Shown: positions 38,716-49,567 of the stretch, in pieces | Numbering within the stretch: the stretch's first letter is position 1 | Layout of the letters: the number at the start of each line of letters is the position of its first letter | Virus record (IMG/VR): IMGVR_UViG_3300024243_001175 | Coordinates: 1 to 58,946 of that record | Direction: 5' to 3' (one strand) | Length of the DNA: 58,946 nt | Source of the DNA: a virus | Taxonomy: Duplodnaviria > Caudoviricetes | Notes under the pieces: generated by a model | What the model was told of the DNA's origin: nothing | What the model saw: the letters and a program-made list of their open reading frames with translations, nothing else | The model's database searches: none | Position numbers and translations under genes: made by a program

Positions 38716-38765
38716 GACCTTGAGGGGAAAAGAAGTAGCTGTAATATTTTTGCAGTTATTTTTTT
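38716..38765 (+). promoter_or_regulatory. Late-box/terminator cassette 6 (before tail fibre/lysis)
   Basis: GACCTTGAGGGGAA-N12-TAATAT; GU-containing hairpin AGTAGCTGTAA/TTGCAGTTATT plus T-tract. Confidence 0.7.
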
Positions 38766-38776
38766 ATATAGATTCA

Positions 38777-40996
38777 ATGCAAAGAGTTGCTTTATTAAAC
38801 TGAGAAAATATAAGTCAGGATTATGATCTAGCTAAGATATTTAAATCATTAGCAAGTTCATGAGTTGTAGAATGACTTGAAGTACAAACTTGAAAAGTAA
38901 CAGCTGGTTATGGATTTATTGATGTGACTAGAGATTCAGAAACTTTTCCTATATTATTTCAAAATACTGCAGAGTTAGTTATTGATACAACTTGAACTAA
39001 AAAAGTATTCATAGAAATAACTCAAGCAAATGTAGATGATTGAATAAATAATAGTTCAAATTGAACATGAATATGAGAAATAAAAACAGCAGTAAGTTAT
39101 CCATTAAGTAATTATATAAAACTAGCAAGTATTACATCTTGAGTTATTACAGATGAAAGAGAATTTATTGATCTAAAAAATCCTCTAGTAACAAAAATGT
39201 GAAATGCTTTTAATTGAGTAAATCAATTAATTAAAACAGATGAAAACTGAAAACTTCCTGCTTTAGATGGTAGCAATATTACATGATTACAAGCTGAGGT
39301 AAATAGTACAAGTTTAAAATATATGTTATGAGATCCTTGAGTAGTTTGAAAGGCTTATAGTTTAGTTGATTACGAGCAAACTATTTACTGAACATCTAAT
39401 AATTTTTGAAGTATAGCTCAACCTAAAATATCACAAAGTTTTTTTGCTCAGTGAGATATAGATTTCAATAATTTCAAATTGATGCTTAAAAAAGTGTCAT
39501 CTCCAAGTGATTGAATTATTGTAACAATTGAAACTGATAATGCTTGAAGTCCTAGTTGAATATTAGCACCAAACTGAGTATCTGATACTGTTTCATATAC
39601 TTCTATTTGAACAAATTTTACTGAGGTTTCATTTAATTTTACAAATATTCCAGTTCTTAATACAGAGGAATATTATCATATTGTAATAAAAAGAAGCTGA
39701 GCAAATGATGCTGTAAATTATTATTCAATTTGAAGTGCTTGAAGCGATAGACAAATTTGAGAGTGTAAAACTCATAATTGAAGTACTTGGTCAGCCATAA
39801 GTGATGATTTATATTTTAAAATACCTTGATATAAACTTTTAATTTTATGATGAACTAATTTTATTTGAATATTACAAATAGCTTGAAGTGTCTGACAATT
39901 TAGAAAAGCTAATACTTCATACGATAATAATCAAAGCTGATTAATTCCTTGAAATTACTACACATATGATATATCAACTTGAAATCTAACTACTTGAAAT
40001 GACTTAAGAGCAATTAGTGAAACTGAAATAGCATTTGATTCTAGTGCATTATGAATAGATCTATTTTATTGAAACTGATGAGATTGAGATTTAGAAGTCT
40101 TATCATGAACAACTAATCTTCCTTTTTGAGTATATAATTATTCAAGTATTAAGGTTGCTTCCTGAGCTACCTTGCAAATTACAGGTAGTAACTCAACTTT
40201 AGAATTGTACTGTAGTAGATTGTGTGAAATAGATGGAACTGTGAGTCTTGTTTGATTATGAAATGATGGAAGTAAGGTTTTATTTAATGGTTCTACATTA
40301 ACACCTTGAAATTGATGAAGTTGAGGTGCATGATGAAACTGAGGTAGTCATAGTATAAATGGATATTTAGCATGAGCCAGTTGATGAGCATGAAGTGGTG
40401 CATGATATGGTTGATGATGAGGTTGAGGTGCTGCTGATTCACAAAGTTGAGGATCAGGTTGAGCAGGTTGATATCCTTGATGATTATGAGGATATGGTTC
40501 TTGTGATAATTCAGGATGAGATGCTTATTGAAATCCATGATCAAATGCTAATTGGAATTGAACATATACTCAAAATTCATGATGAACTTCTGCATGATGA
40601 AGTGGGTGATGTAGTAATGGTGCTTGATGAGGATGATGAGCAGGTTGAACATTATGATGAAAATGATGAAATATAATAATAAGAGCAAATGAAATAAAAT
40701 GAACTTGAACAATAACATTACAGTGATCAAGTGGTTGAAGTTGATGAAAATGATGAAATTCTGGTGCATGATGAGGTTGAGGATGATGAGGATGATGATG
40801 AGGTGGTTGAGGTTGAGGATGAGCTATAATTTGTACTACAAATAGTTCAAATTACAATTTGATAAGTAATTGATGAAGCTGAGGTTCTTGATGAGTTTGA
40901 GGTACTGCTTCAGGATCATATAGTCCAACAAATTGAAGTAATTGAAATATTTGAACATCATGAAGTTCTTGAACTTTTAGTCTTATAATTAGATAA
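38777..40996 (+). CDS. Tail fibre / receptor-binding protein with glycine-rich C-terminus (739 aa)
   Basis: N-terminal GVVEGLEV...LASI...ITDER baseplate-anchor pattern; GKLPALDGSNITGL; poly-Gly mostly encoded by TGA. Confidence 0.75.
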
Positions 40997-40998
40997 AA

Positions 40999-41412
40999 AT
41001 GGAATTAAATATGAATACTCTTAGTAAAGAGCAAAAAAAACTTATAGATATGTGATATACAGCATATATAAATGAAGAAAATAAAATAGTTTTGGATGAA
41101 CCTGCAATAATTACTGATGAAATAAAAGAATATAAGATATGAATAATAAATAAGCAATTCCAAGATAGGATAGATCAATTTACAGCTTGATATTCTCAGG
41201 CTGAAATTGATACTTGGCAAACAAAAGTTGAAGAGGCAAAGAAAGTTCAAGCCTGAGAAGTCTCTGATTTATTAAATGGTCTAATTATTGAATGAGAAAC
41301 TGTAGAAGATTTAGCTTCAAGTATTTTATTAAAAGCTGAGGAATATTCGAATATCTACTTATTTGCTGAAAAAAGAAAAAGAGAAGATATTAAAGCATTA
41401 GAAATATTATAA
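40999..41412 (+). CDS. Tail fibre assembly chaperone-like protein
   Basis: GYSQAEIDTWQTKVEEAK...LASSILLKAEEY. Confidence 0.6.
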
Positions 41413-41432
41413 TTAACTTTTAATACTAAAAA

Positions 41433-41690
41433 ATGATTGAAACAACATATGAACATACTATGTCTTGAGAATGGGAAAGACCAGTAATAGTAGATTGAAA
41501 ATGAAGTAAAGTATGGTACTCATCATATTCACTATTAACAAGTAGTAATATTGATTATAGATGATCTGAATGACAGGCTGAATTCAAACTTAGAAGAAAT
41601 AAAATTAAGTCTTGAAGTGGTAAAAAAACAAATGTATTCCCAATAGAAGTAAAAGGTAGTGGAACTCTAGAAATTTTAGTTGGTAATTAA
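41433..41690 (+). CDS. Hypothetical phage protein
   Basis: Open under code 25. Confidence 0.5.
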
Positions 41691-41698
41691 TAAAAAAT

Positions 41699-41935
41699 AT
41701 GTGAGTAGATATTTGATGAGCTGATACTAGCCCTGTATTCCTTATGACTAAGGATGAATTACTTGAATTTATACAAGTAAATAAAGATATGATCTTTTTT
41801 ATAGCTAAAGGTGCTGTAGATGAACAAATACAAACCTTGTTAAATGAATGAACTACAACTTTGAATGAAGAGCAAATAACAGTAGTAAATAATATATTAA
41901 CTGAGGTACTAAATAGAATATTAACAAATAACTAA
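41699..41935 (+). CDS. Hypothetical phage protein
   Basis: Open under code 25. Confidence 0.5.
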
Positions 41936-41940
41936 AAGAT

Positions 41941-42153
41941 ATGTGAAACCATAATGATTTAATATTTGAAAAACTAGAAAAAATATTAGTCCAAACAACA
42001 AAAACTAATTGAAGAGTAAATAGACTTGAAAGTGATGTTAAAAATCATTCTGCAGATATAAAATCAATAAATAAAAGAATTTATATCGCAATGTGAGGTT
42101 TAACTATTCTTTCAATATTTTGAGAGAGAATTATAGAAGCAATAACAATGTAA
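41941..42153 (+). CDS. XhlA-like/holin-like membrane protein
   Basis: Coiled coil QTTKTNGRVNRLE plus C-terminal TM IYIAMGGLTILSIFG. Confidence 0.55.
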
Positions 42154-42154
42154 T

Positions 42155-42625
42155 ATGAAATATACAACTGCAACACTTAAAAAGAATTGATTACTTCAAA
42201 AAATACCTTGAAGTGATTATTGGATAGTAAAAGAGGAATTTATATGGTTTATTAATTATGAAACCAAACTAAGTTATATAATTATTCCAAAATGATTTAA
42301 AACTAATTTTTGAAGTATTCCTAAGCTACTACAAAGTATTTTTTCTCCAACAAAATATCTAGCATATGTTTTACATGATTATTTATATTCAAAGAAAGCT
42401 AGAATTATATTATCAGATCAGATTGATAGTTTTGATAAAGAAATAAATAGCTTACATGTATCTTTTGAGAACTGAGATAAAACTGAAATATATGCTATTC
42501 CAAATAGAAAGTTTGCCGATAAAACATTAAGAGAAGCTATAAAAGTAGAGTGATGAATATATATTGAAAGACTACTTATTTACTTATGAGTTAGAATGTT
42601 TTGATTTTTAAAATTTAACAAATAA
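42155..42625 (+). CDS. DUF1353-family protein
   Basis: IPKGFKTNFGSIPK, AYVLHDYLYS, RKFADKTL, YLGVRMFG. Confidence 0.8.
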
Positions 42626-42629
42626 TCAA

Positions 42630-42971
42630 ATGGAAAAATATATTTATTCTGCAGAAGTTATAAAGGTTTATGATTGAGATACTATAACTGTAAATATTGA
42701 TTTATGATTCAATCATATATGGAAAGACCAAATTATTAGATTATATGGTATTAATACACCTGAACTTAGATGAGAAGAGAAAGAACAATGAAAACTTGTG
42801 AGAGATTTTGTAAGAAATATGATTCTATGAAAAAGAATCATTTTAAAATCTTATAAAGATAAAAAAGGTAAATATTGAAGATGGCTCTGAGAAATCTTTA
42901 TTGATTGAATTAATCTTAACGAGGAATTAATAAAAAGAGGTTATGCTAAAGAATTTATGAAGAAAAATTAA
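42630..42971 (+). CDS. Thermonuclease (SNase) family protein
   Basis: VYDGDTI, IRLYGINTPE, KGKYGRWL, NEELIKRGYA. Confidence 0.9.
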
Positions 42972-43008
42972 TGCGAAATTAATATAAAATTAACATAAAA
43001 TTAATATG
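42965..43008 (+). repeat. Four 11-bp direct repeats upstream of the endolysin
   Basis: AAATTAATGCG AAATTAATATA AAATTAACATA AAATTAATATG. Confidence 0.5.
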
Positions 43009-43518
43009 AAAACATATAGATGACTAGATAAACTACATCCTAGATTTAGAAAAAAAGTAGAACTATTTTTAAAAGAAGTTTGAAGTAAAGTCTTTATAAC
43101 AGAAAGTTTTAGAACACAAGCAAAACAAAACTTTTTATATTCACTCTGAAGAACTAGAAAATGAAAGAAAGTTACATGGACTTTAAAATCTAATCATACA
43201 AAATGATTAGCAATAGATATAGCTTTTAAATGAAAAAAACTTTATCCTAGTGATATATATTCTTGGAAAGAAATAGCTGAAATTGCAAAAAAATATGGAA
43301 TAGATTGGGGATATGATTTATGGAAAACAGATAAGCCTCATTTTCAAGATAATATGAAAGAATTTGAGAAAAAAATATTCTTAGATGAATCAAGATTTTG
43401 AAAATTTATAAAAGAAAATTTAGAAAATAGTTTTAGATTCAATGATTATTTAGATAATAGACCAGCTTTAATTGCTGATATAAAGGAATTAATTACACTA
43501 TATGATCAAAGAAAGTAA
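43006..43518 (+). CDS. Endolysin, M15 (L-Ala-D-Glu peptidase-like)
   Basis: ITESFRT..Q..LY..GRT, SNHTKGLAIDI, WGYDLWKTDKPHFQ. Confidence 0.88.
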
Positions 43519-43535
43519 AATACTTGATTTATTGG

Positions 43536-43563
43536 TTGAAAAAAAATGAAAAGTGATTATAGT
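43536..43563 (+). promoter_or_regulatory. sigma70-like promoter of the structured leader
   Basis: TTGAAA-N16-TATAGT; predicted start ~43570 coincides with the first base of the stem. Confidence 0.55.
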
Positions 43564-43569
43564 AACCGA

Positions 43570-43740
43570 GCTTACCAGTCTGTTAAAACTCTTGATGAAA
43601 ATCGTATAAAGAGTGGAGAAAGTTAATCTTCCACTTGTTTTATATGATTTTTATCGTATTTTTCAGATGGGTAAGCAGGATTGCTTTCTCCACTTTTTAA
43701 ATAATAAAAACTTATAGTAAGCAATTTTGCTTACTTTTTT
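43570..43740 (+). ncRNA. Structured RNA / attenuator-like leader ending in an intrinsic terminator
   Basis: Long GU-containing hairpin 43570-43676; alternative ~19-bp helix 43609-43628/43679-43697; terminator AGTAAGCAA/TTGCTTACT plus T-run at 43716-43740. Confidence 0.6.
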
Positions 43741-43751
43741 AATGCAAAAAA

Positions 43752-43967
43752 ATGTCAGTTATAGAAAAAGTATTATTTTGATGATTCTTCGTAGTATACA
43801 TGTTTTGAGTATCTATACTTATTTTTAAATATGATTCAAAGGGAGGTATGATACCTAGATGTGCATGACAATGATTTTATGTATATTATGATAATAAAGA
43901 TCAAATGTGTAAATGCTATAGATGATATAAGAGGGTTGAGTGAAAAATATGATGTTTTAAGAGATAA
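43752..43967 (+). CDS. Small membrane protein with Cys-rich tail (71 aa)
   Basis: MSVIEKVLFGGFFVVYMFGVSILIFKY...CAGQG...CKCYRG...GC. Confidence 0.5.
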
Positions 43968-44027
43968 GTTTTTATACTTATCTTTTTTATTTTTACTATT
44001 TAGTAGAACTACTACTGAAAAATAAAT

Positions 44028-44055
44028 TTGACAAAAGAAATAAAATTAATACAAT
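44028..44055 (+). promoter_or_regulatory. Promoter of the defence cargo operon
   Basis: TTGACA-N16-TACAAT. Confidence 0.7.
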
Positions 44056-44094
44056 GCTAATAACTTCAGTATTTTAACTACTAAGAAATAAATT

Positions 44095-44667
44095 TTGAGA
44101 AAACAAGTTAAAGATATTGCAGTTGTACAGACTTGATTATTTATTCGCACTATAGAAAAAGGTAATGTAACTTATCTCCAAGCTAAGCATTTTAATGATA
44201 ATGGAGAACTAAGAGAAAAACTAATACCTGATCTTAAAAAGAGTAGTATTCAAGATAAGCATATATTGCAGGATTGAGATATTCTTTTCTCTGCAAAATG
44301 AACTAGAAACTTTGCAACTGTATATAGGTCTGATTATTGACCATGTGTAGCTTCTTCTACATTTTTAGTTATAAGATTAACTAATAAAAATTATATACCA
44401 GAATTCTTATCTTTGATATTAAATAATTTTATGAGTTCAGATTATTTTAGAAAATATAATCTTACTTGAACAACAGTAAAATCAATATCAAAAAAGATAA
44501 TAGATGAATTTGAAATATGAAATATAAATATAGAAGAGCAGGAAAAATTATTAAAATTAAATAATTTACATAATAAGCAAATAGAGATTTTGCAAGATTT
44601 AACAGAAAAAAAAGATAAACTTATAAATAGTATAATTTTACAATATAACAATAAAGATAATGTCTAA
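44095..44667 (+). CDS. Short single-TRD type I restriction S-subunit-like protein
   Basis: TTG start; VKDIAVVQTG, LQDGDILFSAKG, VASSTFLVIR, IEEQEKLL. Confidence 0.75.
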
Positions 44668-46189
44668 TAAAGTTACACAAAAAGAAATAAATCAAATTCT
44701 ATGGAGTGCATGTAGTACATTTAGATGAGTAATTGATGCAACTCAATATAAAGATTACATACTAACAATGCTTTTTATAAAATATGTTAGTGATGTATAT
44801 AAAGAAAAATATTCAGAATATTTAACAAAATATAATGGAGATAAAGAAAGGGCAGAATATGCTATGAAGCATGAAAGATTTATAGTGCCTGAAAATTCAA
44901 CTTTTGATTATATATTTGAACATAGAAATGATGTAAAAATTTGAGAAATAATTAATACAGCATTAATAGATTTTGAAGAAGCAAATAGAGAAAAATTAAG
45001 TAGTGAAGATGGGTCATGAATATTTAGAAATATTGACTTTAATAGTAGTAATTTATGAGAATTAAAAGAAAAAAATAAAATATTAAAAGACTTAATATTA
45101 GACTTTAGTAACGAAAAACTAAACCTTACTCCATGACATCTTGAATGAAATGATGTAATAGGAGATTCATATGAATATCTTATAGCAAACTTTGCAAGTG
45201 ATGCAGGGAAGAAAGCTTGAGAATTCTACACACCTTCAGAAGTATCAACACTAGTAGCTAAGCTTACAAAAAGTAAACCATGAGCTCGTATATGTGATCC
45301 AACATGTGGTTCAGGATCGATGTTAATTAAAGCAGGTAGAGAAGTATGATCAAAAGACTTTGCATTATTTTGACAAGAGGTAAACTGAGCAACTTGGGCT
45401 CTTGCAATAATGAATATGTTTTTACACTGATTTGATAATGCAACAATTCGTTGGGGAGATACATTAAATAATCCAAAACTGAAAGAGTGAGATACATTAA
45501 TGAAATTTGATACAGTAGTTGCAAATCCTCCATTCTCTCTAGATAAATGGGGTGCTGATAATGCTGCAAGTGACCAATATAATAGATTTTGGAGAGGAGT
45601 ACCACCAAAAAGTAAATGAGATTGGGCTTTTATATCTCATATGGTAGAAACTACTTATGAATGAACAGGTAAAGTCTGACTTGTAATTCCTCATTGAGTA
45701 TTATTTAGATGAGCAAGTGAATGAAAAATTAGAGCTAAAATGATAGAAGAAAATTTATTGGAAGCTGTAATTTGATTACCTGCAAACTTATTTTTCTGAA
45801 CTTGAATACCTGCTGCAATTTTAGTATTTAATAAAGGAAAGAAAGATAATAATGTATTATTTATAGATTCAAGTAAAGAGTTTGAGGTAGCTAAAAATCA
45901 AAATAAGTTATCTGGAGATAATATAAATCATATACTATCTACTTTTGATAAATTTCATGAATGAAAATTAGAAGCTTGAATAGCTGAAGAAAAATATAGC
46001 TATGTGGCAACTTTTGATGAAATAAAAGAAAATGATTTTAATCTAAATATTCCTCGCTATGTAGATACTTTTGAAGAAGAAGAGGAAGTAGAAATAACTG
46101 AGGTTCAAAAAGATATAAAAGAACTTAATAAAAAACTTTGAGAAACTGAAAAAGAAATGGATAAGTATTTAGAGGAATTAGGATTTTAA
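44660..46189 (+). CDS. hsdM: Type I R-M methyltransferase subunit
   Basis: LWSACSTFRG, AGEFYTP, DPTCGSGSML, VVANPPFS, PHGVLFRG, FNLNIPRY. Confidence 0.96.
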
Positions 46190-46205
46190 TATTTAAATAA
46201 AAAAT

Positions 46206-46715
46206 ATGTTTGATTTTTTTAGCTCACCTGTATTTGTTATTATATGATGAATCTCTACTATTATATTAATAGGAGGTTTAATCTATACAATATATCTCAT
46301 TTTTAAATGAGTATTGCCTGTATTATACAGATTATGAATAGGTTTATCAAAAAGAGAAATAGCAATTTTTGCTGAGGATAAATATGAGGGTTTAAAAAAT
46401 ATATTAGTAGATTCAAATATTTTTAATGAAAAGAATATAATAAAAATTGAAAAGAATGAAATAAAGAAATCAAATGGAATATCAATTTTATTAGTTCATT
46501 GGAGTAGTTTTAAAGACAATATAGACGAAATATTAACTGAAAAAAAACATTCAGATTGATTAATTATTTATGCGCCACAGGAAGAATGATTTATAGATAA
46601 AGAAGATATAAAAAAGTTAAATTGAGAATCAAATTGTATTATAGTTAATTTTAGATGAAGACTATTAAATGATATATTAGTAAGTATGATAACAACAAGT
46701 TATGAAAAAAGATAA
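46206..46715 (+). CDS. TM + Rossmann-like protein, putative CBASS effector
   Basis: N-terminal hydrophobic segment then alpha/beta domain (IAIFAE, ILLVHW, LIIYAPQ, IVNFRGRLLND); overlaps the CD-NTase start. Confidence 0.6.
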
Positions 46716-48021
46716 ATTAAATACTCGTTTAAGAGAATATGCAAAATCTCTTTCACCTAAAGATGATGAAAAGGATTTAATGAGTAAAGTTTATAATGCA
46801 GTAAATAATGTATTATGAATAAATAACTGTATTCAAATTTGATCTTATCCTCGTTATACTTCCATAACTCCAGTACATGATCTAGATGTATTATATATAT
46901 TATGAGAATGGAATGAAAATTCTCATAATCCTTTAAATACATTGATTGACTTAAATAATAAATTAATTAGTGATTTTGATAATCCTACAAAATACAGTAT
47001 TAAAATTTCTCAACAAACCCACTCTGTTACAATTTCTTTTCAAGAAAATAATGAAGAAAAATTTTGATTAGATATTGTACCTGCATATATTTTTAATAAA
47101 AATGAGTTTTGATTAGATAAATATAAAGTTCCTGAAATTATCAATATATCTCATAAAAATAGAATAAAAAAATATAAGAAATTAACTGAATCGCATGAAG
47201 AAATGTGATGGATTAATTCAGATCCAAGATGATATATAAAAATTGCTTCTGAATTAGATTCAGCTACAAGGTGAGAATTTAGAAAAAGTGTTAAATTAAT
47301 AAAAAATTGGAAAAACAATTTATGCAATAGTGATGAAAATCTGAAATTAAAATCATTTCATTTAGAACAAGTAATAACTAACTTTTTTAGAGAAAATAAT
47401 GATCTAGAAATTTTCGATGCAGTTTTTAATTTTTTTATTGAATTGCCAAATATTATTGCAAGACCTAATCAGATTTCTGATAGAGCAAATTCTGATAAAT
47501 ATATTGATGATTATTTAGTAAAATTAACACAACAACAAAAAAATAAAATTATATTAGCTAGGGATTGCTTACTAATAAAATTAGAAAATATTTCTTCTAA
47601 CGATAATATTAGAAACATTTTTGATATATGCTACTATGAAAGAGTTTGACCTGAAGAAAAATTTTTATTCGACCAGAAAATTCCAGTTTGTACCGATTCA
47701 AATTATTCTTTTAAAATTTGTGGGAATGTTCATCAAAGAGATTGATTTAGAGCATTTGTATTAGATGTTTTATGAATAATTAGTATTGACAGAAAAATAA
47801 CATTTTGAATTGAATGAAATCAGCCAAATGTAGACTTATTCAAGTGGAAAGTTAGAAATGATAGCAATTGTGATAGTCCTAGAGGAGAAATTACTGATCA
47901 TAGGACATTAAGAGAACCTGAGCATACAAAATATTGATGAAATCATTATGTCGAATGTTATGCTATATTAAATAATGTATGTGTAGCAAAAGAAAAACAA
48001 AATGTAAAATTAAATAAATAA
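46702..48021 (+). CDS. CD-NTase/SMODS nucleotidyltransferase with C-terminal AGS-C-like domain
   Basis: IGSYPRYTSITPVHDLDV (GS...DxD), QTHSV, LDIVPA, SDPRG, VKLIKNWK, KSFHLE; WKVRN..RGEI..EHTKYGGNHYVECYAI. Confidence 0.85.
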
Positions 48022-48032
48022 CTATATAAAAT

Positions 48033-49301
48033 ATGCAAAAAGAACTTACTATTAAACCATGATATAAAAATATTCCTCATATATGAGAAATTCCTGAAGA
48101 TTGGGAAGTTAAAAATTTATGAAATATTTGAGAATTTAAAACTAGTAGCGTTGATAAAGTTATTGTTGAATGAGAAAAAATTGTTAATTTATTAAATTAT
48201 ATGGATATTTATAGGAATAGACTTATAAATAATAAAATAGAATTTACTAAAACTTCTGTAAATGATAGACAATTAGAATCAAGTAATCTTACAAAATGAG
48301 ATATATTATTTACTCCTTCATCTGAAACAGCTGATGATATATGACATTCAGCCGTTGTAGAATATGACTTAATTGATACAGTTTATAGTTATCATGTAAT
48401 GAGATTTAGATTAGATGATCAAGAAACCTTAGATAACACTTTCAGATGATATGTGTTTAATAATCAAATGATTAAAAAAGAGTTTTCTAAGAGAGCTACT
48501 TGAAGCACAAGATTTACTTTATGAAAAAAAGACTTTGAAGATTCAATTTTTGCTTATCCCAAAAATATATTAGAGCAACAAAAAATTGCAAATATTTTAA
48601 AAACTTCTGACTCTCAAATAGATATTACTAAAAATATCATTAAAAAAATTGAATTAAGAAATAAATGATTACAACAAAAACTTCTTAGTTGAAAAAAAAG
48701 ATTAGATTGATTTAGAGATGAATGGAATGATATACAGATGAATGATTGTTTAAATTATGTACCTAGATGAATTCCAAAGCCCTTAGATAAATATTTAGCT
48801 TTATGAATTAGAAGTCATGGTAAATGAATTTTTCATAAACCTGACTCAGATCCAAAAAATATAGCTATGGAAGAATTATTTGTAGTAAAAGAGAATGACT
48901 TAGTTGTTAATATTACATTTGCATGGGAACAAGCTGTTGCAATAGCTTCTAAAGAAGATGAGTGATGATTAGTTTCTCACAGATTTCCAACTTATACTTT
49001 CAAAAAGGATAAAGCAATTCATGAATATTTTAAATATTTAATTATTCAGAAAAAATTTAAATATATGCTTGATTTAATATCTCCATGAGGAGCATGAAGA
49101 AATAGAGTATTGAGTAAAAAAGAATTTTTAAAAATGAAAGTCAATGTTCCTTGAGTGGAAGAACAAAAAGCAATTGCTGATGTATTAAATAAAGCAACTG
49201 AGCAACTAAATTTTTATAAAAATAAGTTAGAAAAATTAGAATTTACAAAGAAAGGACTTATGCAACAACTTTTAACTGGTAAAACTAGAGTAAACTTTTA
49301 A
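48033..49301 (+). CDS. hsdS: Type I R-M specificity subunit
   Basis: [48 protein letters not shown]. Confidence 0.93.
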
Positions 49302-49319
49302 TTATTAACTATATATATT

Positions 49320-49547
49320 ATGGAAAATTACCATCTTACAAAAGACTGAGAAGGGTATAAATTAAAAAAGGAATGAGCTGAAAGATCAACTAAAAAATTT
49401 GATGGAACTAAAGAAGAAGCCTTAAAAGAAAGTATTGCTTTTATGAAAGGTCATTGAGGTTCTCTTAAAATACATAAAAATGATTGAAAATTTCAAGAAG
49501 AAAGAACTTATCCAAGAAGTGCAGATCCTTCAAGTTCAGAATGATAA
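49320..49547 (+). CDS. DUF2188-family protein
   Basis: YHLTKDGEGYKLKKEGAERS...SLKIHKNDGKFQEERTYPRSADP. Confidence 0.85.
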
Positions 49548-49567
49548 TATTTTATTAACCAAACAAT

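Noticed and set aside
24300-38729. GAGGGG in the late box as a Shine-Dalgarno sequence or CRISPR repeat
   Set aside because: About 45-60 nt from the next start codon with a hairpin in between; copies are kilobases apart; other genes here lack SD motifs
40395-40676. 93-aa D/E-rich ORF
   Set aside because: Off-frame reading (GAT/GAG) of the TGA/GGA poly-Gly tail-fibre region
41941-43518. Stop-codon recoding as a lysis timing switch
   Set aside because: Host genes use the same code and early phage genes also contain TGA, so there is no code difference to exploit
38777-44000. Diversity-generating retroelement or retron near the tail fibre and structured RNA
   Set aside because: No reverse transcriptase motif and no TR/VR repeat pair seen
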